Part shown: in pieces, positions 25,347 to 34,187 of the stretch
Layout: each line of letters starts with the position of its first letter
Numbering within the stretch: position 1 is the stretch's first letter
Source of the DNA: a bacterium
GTDB taxonomy: Bacteria; Patescibacteriota; Minisyncoccia; Phycocordibacterales; UBA10002
Assembly: GCA_030649775.1 (NCBI GenBank)
Contig: JAUSFR010000013.1
Location: forward strand, 1 to 35,161
Direction: 5' to 3'
DNA: 35,161 nucleotides
Made by a program: the position numbers and the translations under genes
Notes under the pieces: model-generated
Told to the model about the DNA's origin: nothing
The model's input: the letters and a program-made list of their open reading frames with translations, nothing else
Database searches by the model: none

Positions 25347-26479
25347 CCCGTTACCTGTACTTTGTTCTGCGTTAGTGCTTCTGTTAACGTCTTTGCGACA
25401 TAGCGAGCCTGCGCGTCCGTCATACCGTAAAAGATGGGGAGGCACATATGGTGCGCACAGAGAAATTCGGTTTTGGGGAGCGACAGTTTGTTTGCAAAAG
25501 GGAAGACCGGTTGCTTGTGCAGGGGAAGCTCGTACACATATCCGCTTGGCTGAATACCTTTTTCCTGAAGCGCTTTGTGCACCAAGGAGCGGTCGTGGTT
25601 CGGCAGGACCACTATATATTTATAGTAATTGTTTATGGAGCCCGCTTCGGGACGTACGATTCTGATGTCGGGACTTTCCGCGAGCAGTGCGTCATATATC
25701 TTGGCTATTTCGTTTCTCCGTTTGATGAACTTCGGCAGGGACGCGAGTTGCCGAATTCCCAAAATGGCGGAGATTTCGGGCATCCTCCAGTTGTATCCGA
25801 TGGAGGTGTGGTAATTGATGTAGATGCCGGTTTTTACCTTACCGAACTCCCGCATTGATTTCATTTTTTCCACGAACGACTGGTCGCTTGTCGTTACCAT
25901 TCCGCCTTCTCCCGTGGTCATCACCTTTGTGGAAAAGAAACTGAAACCCGACGCGACACCGAAGGCTCCGGCCTTGGTGCCGTTTAAAGACGAGCCATGC
26001 GCTTGAGCCGAGTCTTCCACCAGATGAAGTTTTCTTTCTTTACAGATTTTTTGAAGTGAGAGAATATCCTTGGAAATGAGACCTCCGATATGTACGTGAA
26101 TCACCGCCACGGTTTTCTCCGTTATTTTCTTTTTCACGTCGCTCGCGTCCATACAGAGGTTGTCGGTACAATCGGCGAACACGGGAATGCCTCCGGCGTT
26201 TAGAATCGCGTTTGCGGTCGCGATAAACGTATTTGAGGGCAGGATAACCTCTTTGCCCGCGACCCCGATGCTTCGGCAGATAAGTTCCAGCGCGGACGTT
26301 CCGCTGTTGCATCCGACGGCAAAACGAGTGCCCGAGAACTTCGCGAACTTTTTCTCAAACTCTTCGGTGTGAATGTAGCTTGAAAGAAAAGACTTTCCCT
26401 CAAGAATTTTCTTGAATTCTTTGGTGATAACGCGGATGTCCTCTTTGGAGAAATACGGTTTTGTCGCGGGTACTCTCAT
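25301..26479 (-). CDS. DegT/DnrJ/EryC1/StrS sugar aminotransferase
   Basis: NSGTSAL, EDSAQAHG, FSFFSTKVMTTGEGG and GYNWRM motifs. Confidence 0.93.
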   Translation of the reverse strand: MRVPATKPYFSKEDIRVITKEFKKILEGKSFLSSYIHTEEFEKKFAKFSGTRFAVGCNSGTSALELICRSIGVAGKEVILPSNTFIATANAILNAGGIPVFADCTDNLCMDASDVKKKITEKTVAVIHVHIGGLISKDILSLQKICKERKLHLVEDSAQAHGSSLNGTKAGAFGVASGFSFFSTKVMTTGEGGMVTTSDQSFVEKMKSMREFGKVKTGIYINYHTSIGYNWRMPEISAILGIRQLASLPKFIKRRNEIAKIYDALLAESPDIRIVRPEAGSINNYYKYIVVLPNHDRSLVHKALQEKGIQPSGYVYELPLHKQPVFPFANKLSLPKTEFLCAHHMCLPIFYGMTDAQARYVAKTLTEALTQNKVQVTGKAQSTIPKNPHKTQ

Positions 26480-27630
26480 CGTGTTTGATAATAGTTTGTA
26501 ATCTCGCTACACACATACTCAATTTCTTCTTGTTTCAGGTTTGGCGCCGAAGGAAGGCACACTCCCGTTTTGAATAGCTTCTCGGTGATGGGGAAGTGCC
26601 CCTTCTCCCCGTACGCGGGCTGGGAGTGCATCGGCATAAAGAGGGTTCGTGCTCCGATACCGCAGGTCTCAAGATGTCGGATAAGCTTTTTCGCGTTGGG
26701 AACAAACAGGATGGCTCGGTGCGGAACGGCATCCGCGAGCGAGTTGAAGGCAAATACCCGCACGCCCGAAACCCCCGATAGCTTTTTCCGATATATACCG
26801 AGAATTTCTTTTTTTCGCTTTACAAAATAGTCCGCTTTCTTGAGTTGGGCGACTCCTACCGCGCTCTGAAGCTCCGTAATTCTAAAATTATAGCCTCTCC
26901 GCTCTATTGTATCCACACCTCGCTCCCGTCTTCCGTCATGCTTGTATATGTTCGCTTCGCTCACGAGTTTTGTGTTATCGGAGAGGAGCATACCCCCTTC
27001 TCCCGTGGTGATGGTTTTGTCCGCGAAAAAAGAAAGCACGGAGAAATCGCCGTACGAGGGAATGGGTTTTCCTTTGTAGGTGCCGAACAGCGCGGGAGCG
27101 GAGTCGTTTATCAAAAACAGCTTATGCTTCTTTGCGTAGCGCGTGATGGTGTCAAGCGCTCCCGTGTTGCCGTACGCGCACACGTACAGAATCGCTTTTG
27201 TCCGCGCTGTCCGAACCACCTCAATGGTTTTTACCGAGAGGCACAAGGTTTCTTCGTCAACATCCGCGAATACGGGGGTCGCGCCTGTGGCGGAAATGGA
27301 GTTCGGGTCGGCCGAATGTGAAAGACTCGGCACGATAATTTCGTCTCCTGTCTTTAGCCCAAGACCTTTCATCCCCGAGATAAGAGCGGCGGTCGCGTTT
27401 CCGAAACAGACCGCGTATTTTCTCTCGCAGATTTCAGCGAGCTTGCTTTCAAACTCGCGCGTGTATTTGTTTTCCGAAAGCCAATTCCGTTCTATGACGT
27501 CGGTGACAAGCGCCAGCTCTTCTTTGCCGATGGACGGTGTGTAGCAGGGTATCGTTTCCTTGCCGACCCGAGCGGTGTAGGATTCGTAGGCGATAATAGC
27601 TTCACTTTTTTTCTCCTTTGGATTCTTCAT
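26476..27630 (-). CDS. DegT/DnrJ/EryC1/StrS sugar aminotransferase (PerA-like)
   Basis: DSA, SFFADKTITTGEGG, GYNFRITELQ and CLPS motifs. Confidence 0.9.
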   Translation of the reverse strand: MKNPKEKKSEAIIAYESYTARVGKETIPCYTPSIGKEELALVTDVIERNWLSENKYTREFESKLAEICERKYAVCFGNATAALISGMKGLGLKTGDEIIVPSLSHSADPNSISATGATPVFADVDEETLCLSVKTIEVVRTARTKAILYVCAYGNTGALDTITRYAKKHKLFLINDSAPALFGTYKGKPIPSYGDFSVLSFFADKTITTGEGGMLLSDNTKLVSEANIYKHDGRRERGVDTIERRGYNFRITELQSAVGVAQLKKADYFVKRKKEILGIYRKKLSGVSGVRVFAFNSLADAVPHRAILFVPNAKKLIRHLETCGIGARTLFMPMHSQPAYGEKGHFPITEKLFKTGVCLPSAPNLKQEEIEYVCSEITNYYQTR

Positions 27631-27641
27631 ACTGGTTGGTT

Positions 27642-28520
27642 TTATGCTTTTGGGCGAAGGGTGTTCAGGTATTCCGTTACCGCCATAGAAAATGGGGTAA
27701 ACACATTTTTTGCTGAAGCCTTCTTTAGTTTAGCATTGCCGAGAAATGGCAATGTCTCGCCCTCGGGTTTGTCCGTTTTAAAGACAACGGAAGCTTTATA
27801 GAAATCGGCTATCATCTGCGCGGCGTCTTTGACCGAAGAGTACTCGTCTCCTCCCAGATTATAGATTCCCGGTGGGAGGGTAAAACCCTCCCGCACGCAC
27901 CGCACCACATCGGGCAGATACACATACTGAATCTTCCGCGCTCCTGTTCCCCAGAGGGTCAGTTCTCCCTTTTCTTCGCACTCCTTTGCGAAATTAAGGA
28001 TGGTGTTCGGGTGCTTCGCCTCTCCCTCGCCGAAGACGGAGGAGAGCCTGAAAATAACGCTGTTTTTGTGGTTTCTTAAAATGAACTGCTCAAAAAAAGA
28101 TTTTGCGACTCCGAAATTATGGCTCGGCAGGAGCGGGCGGTCCTCGAACATCTTTTCGTCTTTGGGAAGCCCGCTGTACACATAGGAAGAGCTAAAATAA
28201 ATAAGCCGACACGAAGGATATGAAGCGAGCGCTTTTACGATGTTAAGAAGCGCCTGAAAATCTTCGGTGAACGAACTTACGAAATCGTCTTTGTAGGCAA
28301 GCGCGGAGTGCGTTCCCGCGTGTACAAACACATTCGGCTTAAAATCGCTTACGGCCTTCCCGGTTTTTTCGTGGTCAGCCAGATTGAGGGAGAGACCTTC
28401 CTCGCCGGACCGGTAGTCCTTATCTATCGGAAGCACGGAGAGGTTTTGTGCCTTCGCATCCTTCTGAAGCTCTGACCCGATGTACCCCAAACTACCTGTT
28501 ATAATAAGCCTCGTACTCAT
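27642..28520 (-). CDS. NAD(P)-dependent epimerase/dehydratase family protein (atypical, FxxxK)
   Basis: ITGSLGYIG, FSSSYVY, RLSSVFG and GIYNLG motifs; the YxxxK position reads FGVAK. Confidence 0.8.
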   Translation of the reverse strand: MSTRLIITGSLGYIGSELQKDAKAQNLSVLPIDKDYRSGEEGLSLNLADHEKTGKAVSDFKPNVFVHAGTHSALAYKDDFVSSFTEDFQALLNIVKALASYPSCRLIYFSSSYVYSGLPKDEKMFEDRPLLPSHNFGVAKSFFEQFILRNHKNSVIFRLSSVFGEGEAKHPNTILNFAKECEEKGELTLWGTGARKIQYVYLPDVVRCVREGFTLPPGIYNLGGDEYSSVKDAAQMIADFYKASVVFKTDKPEGETLPFLGNAKLKKASAKNVFTPFSMAVTEYLNTLRPKA

Positions 28521-28526
28521 GGCGCA

Positions 28527-28555
28527 ATTCTAAACGCTCGGTGCACTCCTTGCAA
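28527..28555 (-). promoter_or_regulatory. sigma70-type leaderless promoter
   Basis: Minus strand TTGCAA-17 nt-TAGAAT-6 nt-ATG (28520). Confidence 0.7.
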
Positions 28556-28666
28556 GACGAGGTAGTCATGGTGAAAACCTTTCGGCTGATAGGAGGGTTG
28601 TAGTAGTGCGAGAAGCAATAAATCGGTATCTAAAGGCTCAAGCATGGATGCGTAACTGTTTTCACT

Positions 28667-28728
28667 GTTTGTGCCTTTGGATAGTTTGCATTTTTGTTTG
28701 GTTTTTGTGATTTGTGTTTTGGATAATT
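28667..28728 (+). repeat. solo G/T-rich arm of the 10220/25212 element family
   Basis: GTTTGTG...TTTGTTTGGTTTTTGTGATTTGTGTTTTG aligns with 10281-10334; ends 10 nt before the asnB ATG. Confidence 0.7.
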
Positions 28729-28738
28729 TCTTCTTCGT

Positions 28739-30592
28739 ATGTGTTCAATAAATGGCTTTACCATTGGGGCTCCCGAGCTCATTCTTAACATGAATGGGAC
28801 GACAAAACACCGTGGACCCGACGGCACGGGTGTTTGGCATGGAAAGGGGGTAACCTTGGGCCACAATCGACTTTCCATTATTGACCTTTCGGAAAGGGGT
28901 GCCCAGCCGATGACCGACAGTTCCAAGAGACTTACTATTGTATTTAACGGGGAGATTTACAATTACCAAGAGCTTCGTGCAGAGCTTCAGGGAAAATACA
29001 CGTTCAAGTCGGACAGCGATACCGAAGTCATCCTTAACGCGTATCTTGAATACGGAAAAGAGTGCGTGAAAAAATTCAACGGCATTTTCGCTTTCGCGCT
29101 GTGGGATGAACGTGAACAGGAATTATTTCTCGCGCGTGACCAAAACGGGGTGAAGCCTCTCTACTATTTTTGGGATACAAAACGGTTCATTTTTTCTTCG
29201 GAGATAAAGGCTATTCTGGAACACTCGGTACCGCGTGAGGTGGATAGGGAAGCCTTCAACTTGTATATGCGCGTGGGGTATGTGCCGGAGCCGTACACAA
29301 TGTTCCGAGGCATCAAGAAACTTCCACCCGCGCACTATGCCGTACTAAAGGGAAATGAGTTTTCGCTCAAAAAATATTGGGAAATAGCGGACGTTTCAAA
29401 TCTCTCGTCACGAGAAGAGACCGTCGCGGACATACGGAAACTTTTCAAAGACTCGGTAAAGCGACAGCTCATTTCCGACAGGCCGGTCGGTATCTTTCTT
29501 AGTGGAGGTATTGATTCAACCGCGGTGCTTGGCGCGACCAAGGAAGTGAGCTCCGGAAAAGTAAAAACGTATTCCGTCGGTTTCGCGGTTGATGTCCAGC
29601 AGGAAAAGTTCAACGCCGATTTTCTGCTCGCTCGCGAAACCGCGAAAGCGTACGGCACCGACCATCACGAACTGATGATTTCGGGTAAAGATATCGGCGC
29701 GGAGCTCAAAAACATCGCCTGGCATCTTGACGAGCCGAACGCAAATCCCACCGCGGGGGCTATCTATCTCCTCTCACGACTTGCCAAAAAAGAGGTGGCG
29801 GTGGTGCTTGGTGGCGACGGGGCGGACGAACTCTTTGGCGGATACCAAAGGTACGCGCTCTCCCGCACGCTTCGCGCCGTTTCAAGATTACCTTTGAGTG
29901 TGCGAAAAGCGCTTTCTCTTTCCTTGGCGGGAATGGGGAAAAAAGAGGCCTCGGAAAAAATGCTCATCGCTGGCGGGACCTCGCTCTTCCTGTCTTTCTT
30001 GTCGCAGAAAGAAGGTGATGTGGCTTCCATTCTTAATCCGCAAGTGGCAAAGGGAGGCGTTACGCGTTCGCATTTTGAACGCTACTTTAAGAACACTAGC
30101 CTTTCGGGTGATTTTGAAAAACAATTTATGAACACCGACCGCCAAAGCTGGCTCACCGACGATTCACTCCTGCGGAGCGACAAAATGTCTATGGCGTTCG
30201 GACTGGAACAGCGCGTCCCGATTTTGGACTATCGTTTGCTGGAGCTCGCGTATCGTATTCCCACAAACTGGAAGCTCAAAGGTGGCGGACTTTCACAAAA
30301 CTCATTTCAGGGAAAACAAATCTGGAAAGAAGCGGTGCTTCCGTATCTTCCCGAGCATATTCGGCACCAGCAGAAGCGGGGATTTTTTACCCCAATGGCG
30401 AAATGGCTCCGTACCGACCTACGAGAGGAGGTTATGGAGATTCTTTCACCGGCGCATCTCAACTCCGAGTTCTTCAATGTGGAGGCAGTACAACAAATGT
30501 GGCAGGACCACCTCCAAAGCAAAAAGTACAACCTCACTCTCATTTGGTCGGTAGTGATGTGGCAGTTGTGGTACGATACATTTATAAAATAA
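28739..30592 (+). CDS. asnB: asparagine synthase (glutamine-hydrolysing) family amidotransferase
   Basis: N-terminal Cys (MCSING), HRGPD, RLSIIDLS, FNGEIYN, SGGIDS, GDGADELFGGY and E.RVP motifs. Confidence 0.93.
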   Translation: MCSINGFTIGAPELILNMNGTTKHRGPDGTGVWHGKGVTLGHNRLSIIDLSERGAQPMTDSSKRLTIVFNGEIYNYQELRAELQGKYTFKSDSDTEVILNAYLEYGKECVKKFNGIFAFALWDEREQELFLARDQNGVKPLYYFWDTKRFIFSSEIKAILEHSVPREVDREAFNLYMRVGYVPEPYTMFRGIKKLPPAHYAVLKGNEFSLKKYWEIADVSNLSSREETVADIRKLFKDSVKRQLISDRPVGIFLSGGIDSTAVLGATKEVSSGKVKTYSVGFAVDVQQEKFNADFLLARETAKAYGTDHHELMISGKDIGAELKNIAWHLDEPNANPTAGAIYLLSRLAKKEVAVVLGGDGADELFGGYQRYALSRTLRAVSRLPLSVRKALSLSLAGMGKKEASEKMLIAGGTSLFLSFLSQKEGDVASILNPQVAKGGVTRSHFERYFKNTSLSGDFEKQFMNTDRQSWLTDDSLLRSDKMSMAFGLEQRVPILDYRLLELAYRIPTNWKLKGGGLSQNSFQGKQIWKEAVLPYLPEHIRHQQKRGFFTPMAKWLRTDLREEVMEILSPAHLNSEFFNVEAVQQMWQDHLQSKKYNLTLIWSVVMWQLWYDTFIK

Positions 30593-30605
30593 AGAGTCCC
30601 GAGCT

Positions 30606-31253
30606 ATGACTACGTTCACGTTTATAAAGGAAATACTGAAAGGGAAAGACCTGTATCGCATTCTGATGAATGAGGCGTGCGAGCGATGTGAGCTTAAAGG
30701 ACAGGTGCTTGATATCGGCGGAGGCGCGGGGACTCCAAGCTATCTTCGGTTTTTCAAAATGGAAAGCGGGGCGAACGTTACCTCGGTTGACGCTCTGCTC
30801 GCAGGGAAGGCGCAGGTTAACTTTGAAACGGACGCGCTTCCAAGCGCAAATGGGAGTACCGATACCGCGCTCCTGCTCAACGTACTGGAGCACATTTACC
30901 ACTACGGGCATCTTCTTTCGGAGACCAATCGCGTTTTGCGTCCCGGAGCGCGTCTTATCGGTGTCGTGCCGTTTCTTATCAACTATCATCCCGACCCGCA
31001 CGATTATTTTCGATATACGAATGAGAGTTTGCGCGAGATACTTACTTCTGCGGGTTTCAAAGATATACACATTCAGGCGCTCGGCACCGGCCCTTTTTCC
31101 GCTTCATTCTCGCAGATTGAGTTTATGATTCCGCGAGTGCTGAAACTTTTCGTTGTTCCCCTCGCGCTTCTTTTGGACCGATGCGCGGGTGTATTCAGGA
31201 AAAATCTTCCCGACCAATTTCCGCTCGGGTACTTTTTTACCGCTACAAAATGA
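30606..31253 (+). CDS. class I SAM-dependent methyltransferase
   Basis: VLDIGGG, NVLEH, LRPG and VPF...HPDPHDYFRYT motifs. Confidence 0.88.
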   Translation: MTTFTFIKEILKGKDLYRILMNEACERCELKGQVLDIGGGAGTPSYLRFFKMESGANVTSVDALLAGKAQVNFETDALPSANGSTDTALLLNVLEHIYHYGHLLSETNRVLRPGARLIGVVPFLINYHPDPHDYFRYTNESLREILTSAGFKDIHIQALGTGPFSASFSQIEFMIPRVLKLFVVPLALLLDRCAGVFRKNLPDQFPLGYFFTATK

Positions 31254-32413
31254 AGCAAAAAATTATCTACATCGCAAACGTCAGGTTACCTACGGAAAAG
31301 GCGCACGGACTTCAAATTATGAAGATGTGTGAAGCGTTTGGCAAGTTCGAAGTTCGAAGTTCGAAGTTCGAAGAAAAAGATTCCAGAATTGAGGTGGAGC
31401 TCGTCGTGCCGAGGCGAAGAAACCCCATCACGGAAGACCCGTTTGACTATTACGGGGTGGAGCGGAACTTTACCGTTACGCGAATTCCGACACTTGATAT
31501 CGTTTCTTTCGGACGAGTGGGTTTTTGGGTGGAGCAAACGCTCTTTTTGCTTTTCGCGCGACTCTATCTCTTCGGGAAAAAGTGTTTTGTTTATACACGC
31601 GAAGAAGCTACGGGTTTCTTTTTCCGTAACAATTTTCTGGAACTGCACACGCTTCCCGCGCACGAAGGTGCGGTGCATAGGTTACTGTGGCGACGAGCCC
31701 GACATATCTTTGTACTCACTACGCTTATGAAGGAACAGTTGATGGAATGGGGAATTTCCGAGCAGAAACTCACCGTCCTTCCCGACGCGGTTGATTTCAA
31801 TGCGTTTGATATTTCCATATCAAAAGAAGACGCGCGAAAGAAACTCTTCCTCCCGCTTGATAAAAAGATAGTGCTCTACACGGGAAGTTTTTTCCGGTAT
31901 CCGTGGAAGGGGGTGGATACGCTGCTTGAGGTAGCACAAAATTATCAAAAAGAAGAAGTACTGTTTGTGCTCGTTGGGGGAAGTGAAAGGGAACTCAAAC
32001 AAGCGAAAGAAAAATATCCGGGGAAAAATATTGTGCTTCTCGGCCATGAGTCGCCACGTGCTATTCCTCTCTTTCTCAAGGCATCTGACGTCCTCGTACT
32101 TCCGAACAAAAGCGGATACGAAATGTCGGAAAAACACACGTCACCGCTTAAACTGTTTGAATATATGGCGTCGGGACGTCCCATCGTAAGCTCCGATATT
32201 CCGTCACTCCGTGAAGTGCTCACGGAAAAGGAGGCCATATTTTTCAAGCCGAATGACCCAAAGGACTTGGCGCGGGTTCTCGCGGAGCTCTTGAATAATT
32301 CGGTGCTTGCGGATAGTCTTTCCGAAAGCGCGCGAGAGAAGGCCAAAAGCTACACGTGGGACAAACGGGCGGAGCGCGCGCTCGGTGTTCTCGTGCCTAA
32401 CGTTTCCCCTTAA
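31250..32413 (+). CDS. glycosyltransferase family 4
   Basis: RLPTEKAHGLQI, KGVD and SPLKLFEYMASG motifs; start moved to ATG 31250. Confidence 0.93.
   Translation: MKQKIIYIANVRLPTEKAHGLQIMKMCEAFGKFEVRSSKFEEKDSRIEVELVVPRRRNPITEDPFDYYGVERNFTVTRIPTLDIVSFGRVGFWVEQTLFLLFARLYLFGKKCFVYTREEATGFFFRNNFLELHTLPAHEGAVHRLLWRRARHIFVLTTLMKEQLMEWGISEQKLTVLPDAVDFNAFDISISKEDARKKLFLPLDKKIVLYTGSFFRYPWKGVDTLLEVAQNYQKEEVLFVLVGGSERELKQAKEKYPGKNIVLLGHESPRAIPLFLKASDVLVLPNKSGYEMSEKHTSPLKLFEYMASGRPIVSSDIPSLREVLTEKEAIFFKPNDPKDLARVLAELLNNSVLADSLSESAREKAKSYTWDKRAERALGVLVPNVSP
31343..31373 (+). repeat. in-frame perfect heptamer repeat (AAGTTCG)4-AAG
   Basis: Directly visible; encodes KFEVRSSKFE. Confidence 0.95.
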
Positions 32414-32456
32414 AATAAGGTTTTAAGACCGCACCATAAAGCCTTTTTTGCACCCT

Positions 32457-33443
32457 ATGTCATCCCCCATCATCATCAGCCGGACACCGTTTCGCCTTTC
32501 ACTCGGAGGCGGTTCTACCGACCTGCCTTCCTACTATGAAAAGCACGGTGGATTTGTCTTTGGCGTTGCCGTCAATCTGTATATGGATGTGTTTGTGAAA
32601 GAGCCTCGCTCCGACGACCTCGTGCACGTGCACTACAAACATTTTGAATCGGTCTCACACGCGAAGGAGGTAACGCACGACATCGCGAGGCAGGCGCTGT
32701 TGATGCGAGGCCTTACCACCAAAGTCGCCATTTCGTTTAAAGCCGACACTCCGGCGGGCACGGGGCTCGGTTCATCGGGTGCGTGCGCGGTCGCGGTGCT
32801 GAAGGGTCTCGCACTCTACCAGAACAAAAAGCTCTCCAATCGCGAGGCGGCGGAGCAATCATTCCTGCTCACCAAGGCGCTCGGACTTCCCGATGGCGTG
32901 CAGGACCCGTACATCTGCGCCGAAGGAGGGTTTGTGGCACTCACGATTGAGAAAAACGGAAAAGTGAAGGTAGAGAAGCCCCGCATCGCGAAGAGTACCG
33001 TAGAGGAATTTTTCGCGAACAGCATCTTCTATTACACCGGTGTCGTGCGGGAGAGTAAACAACTTCTTGCCGAACAAGACGCGACCAAAGTACAGGAGCT
33101 GAAGCACCGCACCAAAGATATCGGTAGGGAAGTCTACAAGGCGTTTCGTTCGGGAAAGCTCCACCACTTTGGCAAGCTCATGGATGAGCATTGGCATATC
33201 AAAAAGCAGATGTCTTCCAAAATGAGCACAGACCGCTTTGACGAGATATACGCGGAGGCCATACGCGCAGGAGCACTCGGTGGGAAAATTATGGGCGCGG
33301 GAGGCGGTGGCTATTTTATGTTTTACTGTCCCACGCGGAAGGCGAAACGCGCCGTACAAAAAGCGCTCGGGAGGTTCAAGATGCGCGAGATGCACTTTGA
33401 GATTGATACCAAAGGTGCGCGTACCCACATCATCACGCCGTAA
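32457..33443 (+). CDS. second HddA-like GHMP sugar-phosphate kinase
   Basis: TPFRLSLGGGSTD, GTGLGSSG, QD and GGKIMGAGGGG motifs. Confidence 0.88.
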   Translation: MSSPIIISRTPFRLSLGGGSTDLPSYYEKHGGFVFGVAVNLYMDVFVKEPRSDDLVHVHYKHFESVSHAKEVTHDIARQALLMRGLTTKVAISFKADTPAGTGLGSSGACAVAVLKGLALYQNKKLSNREAAEQSFLLTKALGLPDGVQDPYICAEGGFVALTIEKNGKVKVEKPRIAKSTVEEFFANSIFYYTGVVRESKQLLAEQDATKVQELKHRTKDIGREVYKAFRSGKLHHFGKLMDEHWHIKKQMSSKMSTDRFDEIYAEAIRAGALGGKIMGAGGGGYFMFYCPTRKAKRAVQKALGRFKMREMHFEIDTKGARTHIITP

Positions 33444-33450
33444 GTTTTAA

Positions 33451-33993
33451 ATGTTAATGAAAACAGAAGCAAAAAAACGAGCGGTCTTTTTTGACCGCGA
33501 TGGGGTTATCTTTAAACCCATCGTGATGGATGGGCGTCCTCGGGCGCCACACAGCATTGTGGAGTACAAGACACTGTCCGGAATTATGCCTGGAGCAAAA
33601 GAAGCTGTGGAAAAAGTTAAGGCACTCGGCTTTCTCGCGATTCTGGTGACGAATCAACCGGACATCGCGTACGGTGTTATTTCAAAAAAAGAGTGGGAGT
33701 GGGTACAGAGTCAGTTAAGCAGTATCCCGTTTGACGATATTTTTATTTGCTTTCACCGTCGGGACGATAATTGTGAATGTATGAAGCCCAAACCCGGTAT
33801 GCTTCTTGAGGCGGAAAAGAAATGGAATATAAACCTTGCGAAGTCGTTTATGGTGGGGGATACGGAGAGTGATGTCCTCGTTGCAAAAGAAGCCGGATGC
33901 AAAAGTATTCTGGTGGACGCGCCCTATAATTCCAGCGTTTCTAGCGATATGCGTACTCATTCTCTTTCCGAACTTTCAAACCTCTTGTCTTAG
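33451..33993 (+). CDS. gmhB: GmhB-like HAD-IIIA sugar-bisphosphate phosphatase
   Basis: FFDRDGV, TNQPD, C.H....CECMKP and MVGD motifs. Confidence 0.85.
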   Translation: MLMKTEAKKRAVFFDRDGVIFKPIVMDGRPRAPHSIVEYKTLSGIMPGAKEAVEKVKALGFLAILVTNQPDIAYGVISKKEWEWVQSQLSSIPFDDIFICFHRRDDNCECMKPKPGMLLEAEKKWNINLAKSFMVGDTESDVLVAKEAGCKSILVDAPYNSSVSSDMRTHSLSELSNLLS

Positions 33994-34174
33994 AGCCTGT
34001 TCATAATCTAACCGCATTATAGACCTAGGACATAGCTTGCCTGCCGAAATGTTCAAAATTCTGCTACAAATCGCGTCTTTTTCGTCAGCGTACTTGGGTA
34101 CGCTTCCTCAAAATCCGCAATTTTCGCAACGAATTTTTAACATTTCATTCAGGCATTAGATTATGAACAGGCTC
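33993..34174. mobile_element. 182-bp MITE
   Basis: Perfect TIR GAGCCTGTTCATAATCTAA / TTAGATTATGAACAGGCTC flanked by TTA on both sides (33990-33992, 34175-34177); internal palindromy; no transposase. Confidence 0.9.
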
Positions 34175-34187
34175 TTAGAATATTAAA

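Noticed and set aside
28561-28660. Frame reading VVREAINRYLK, resembling a ribbon-helix-helix protein fragment
   Set aside because: No credible start and only about 10 suggestive residues.
816-31373. CRISPR interpretation of the repeats
   Set aside because: No 23-50 bp direct repeats with unique spacers and no cas genes.
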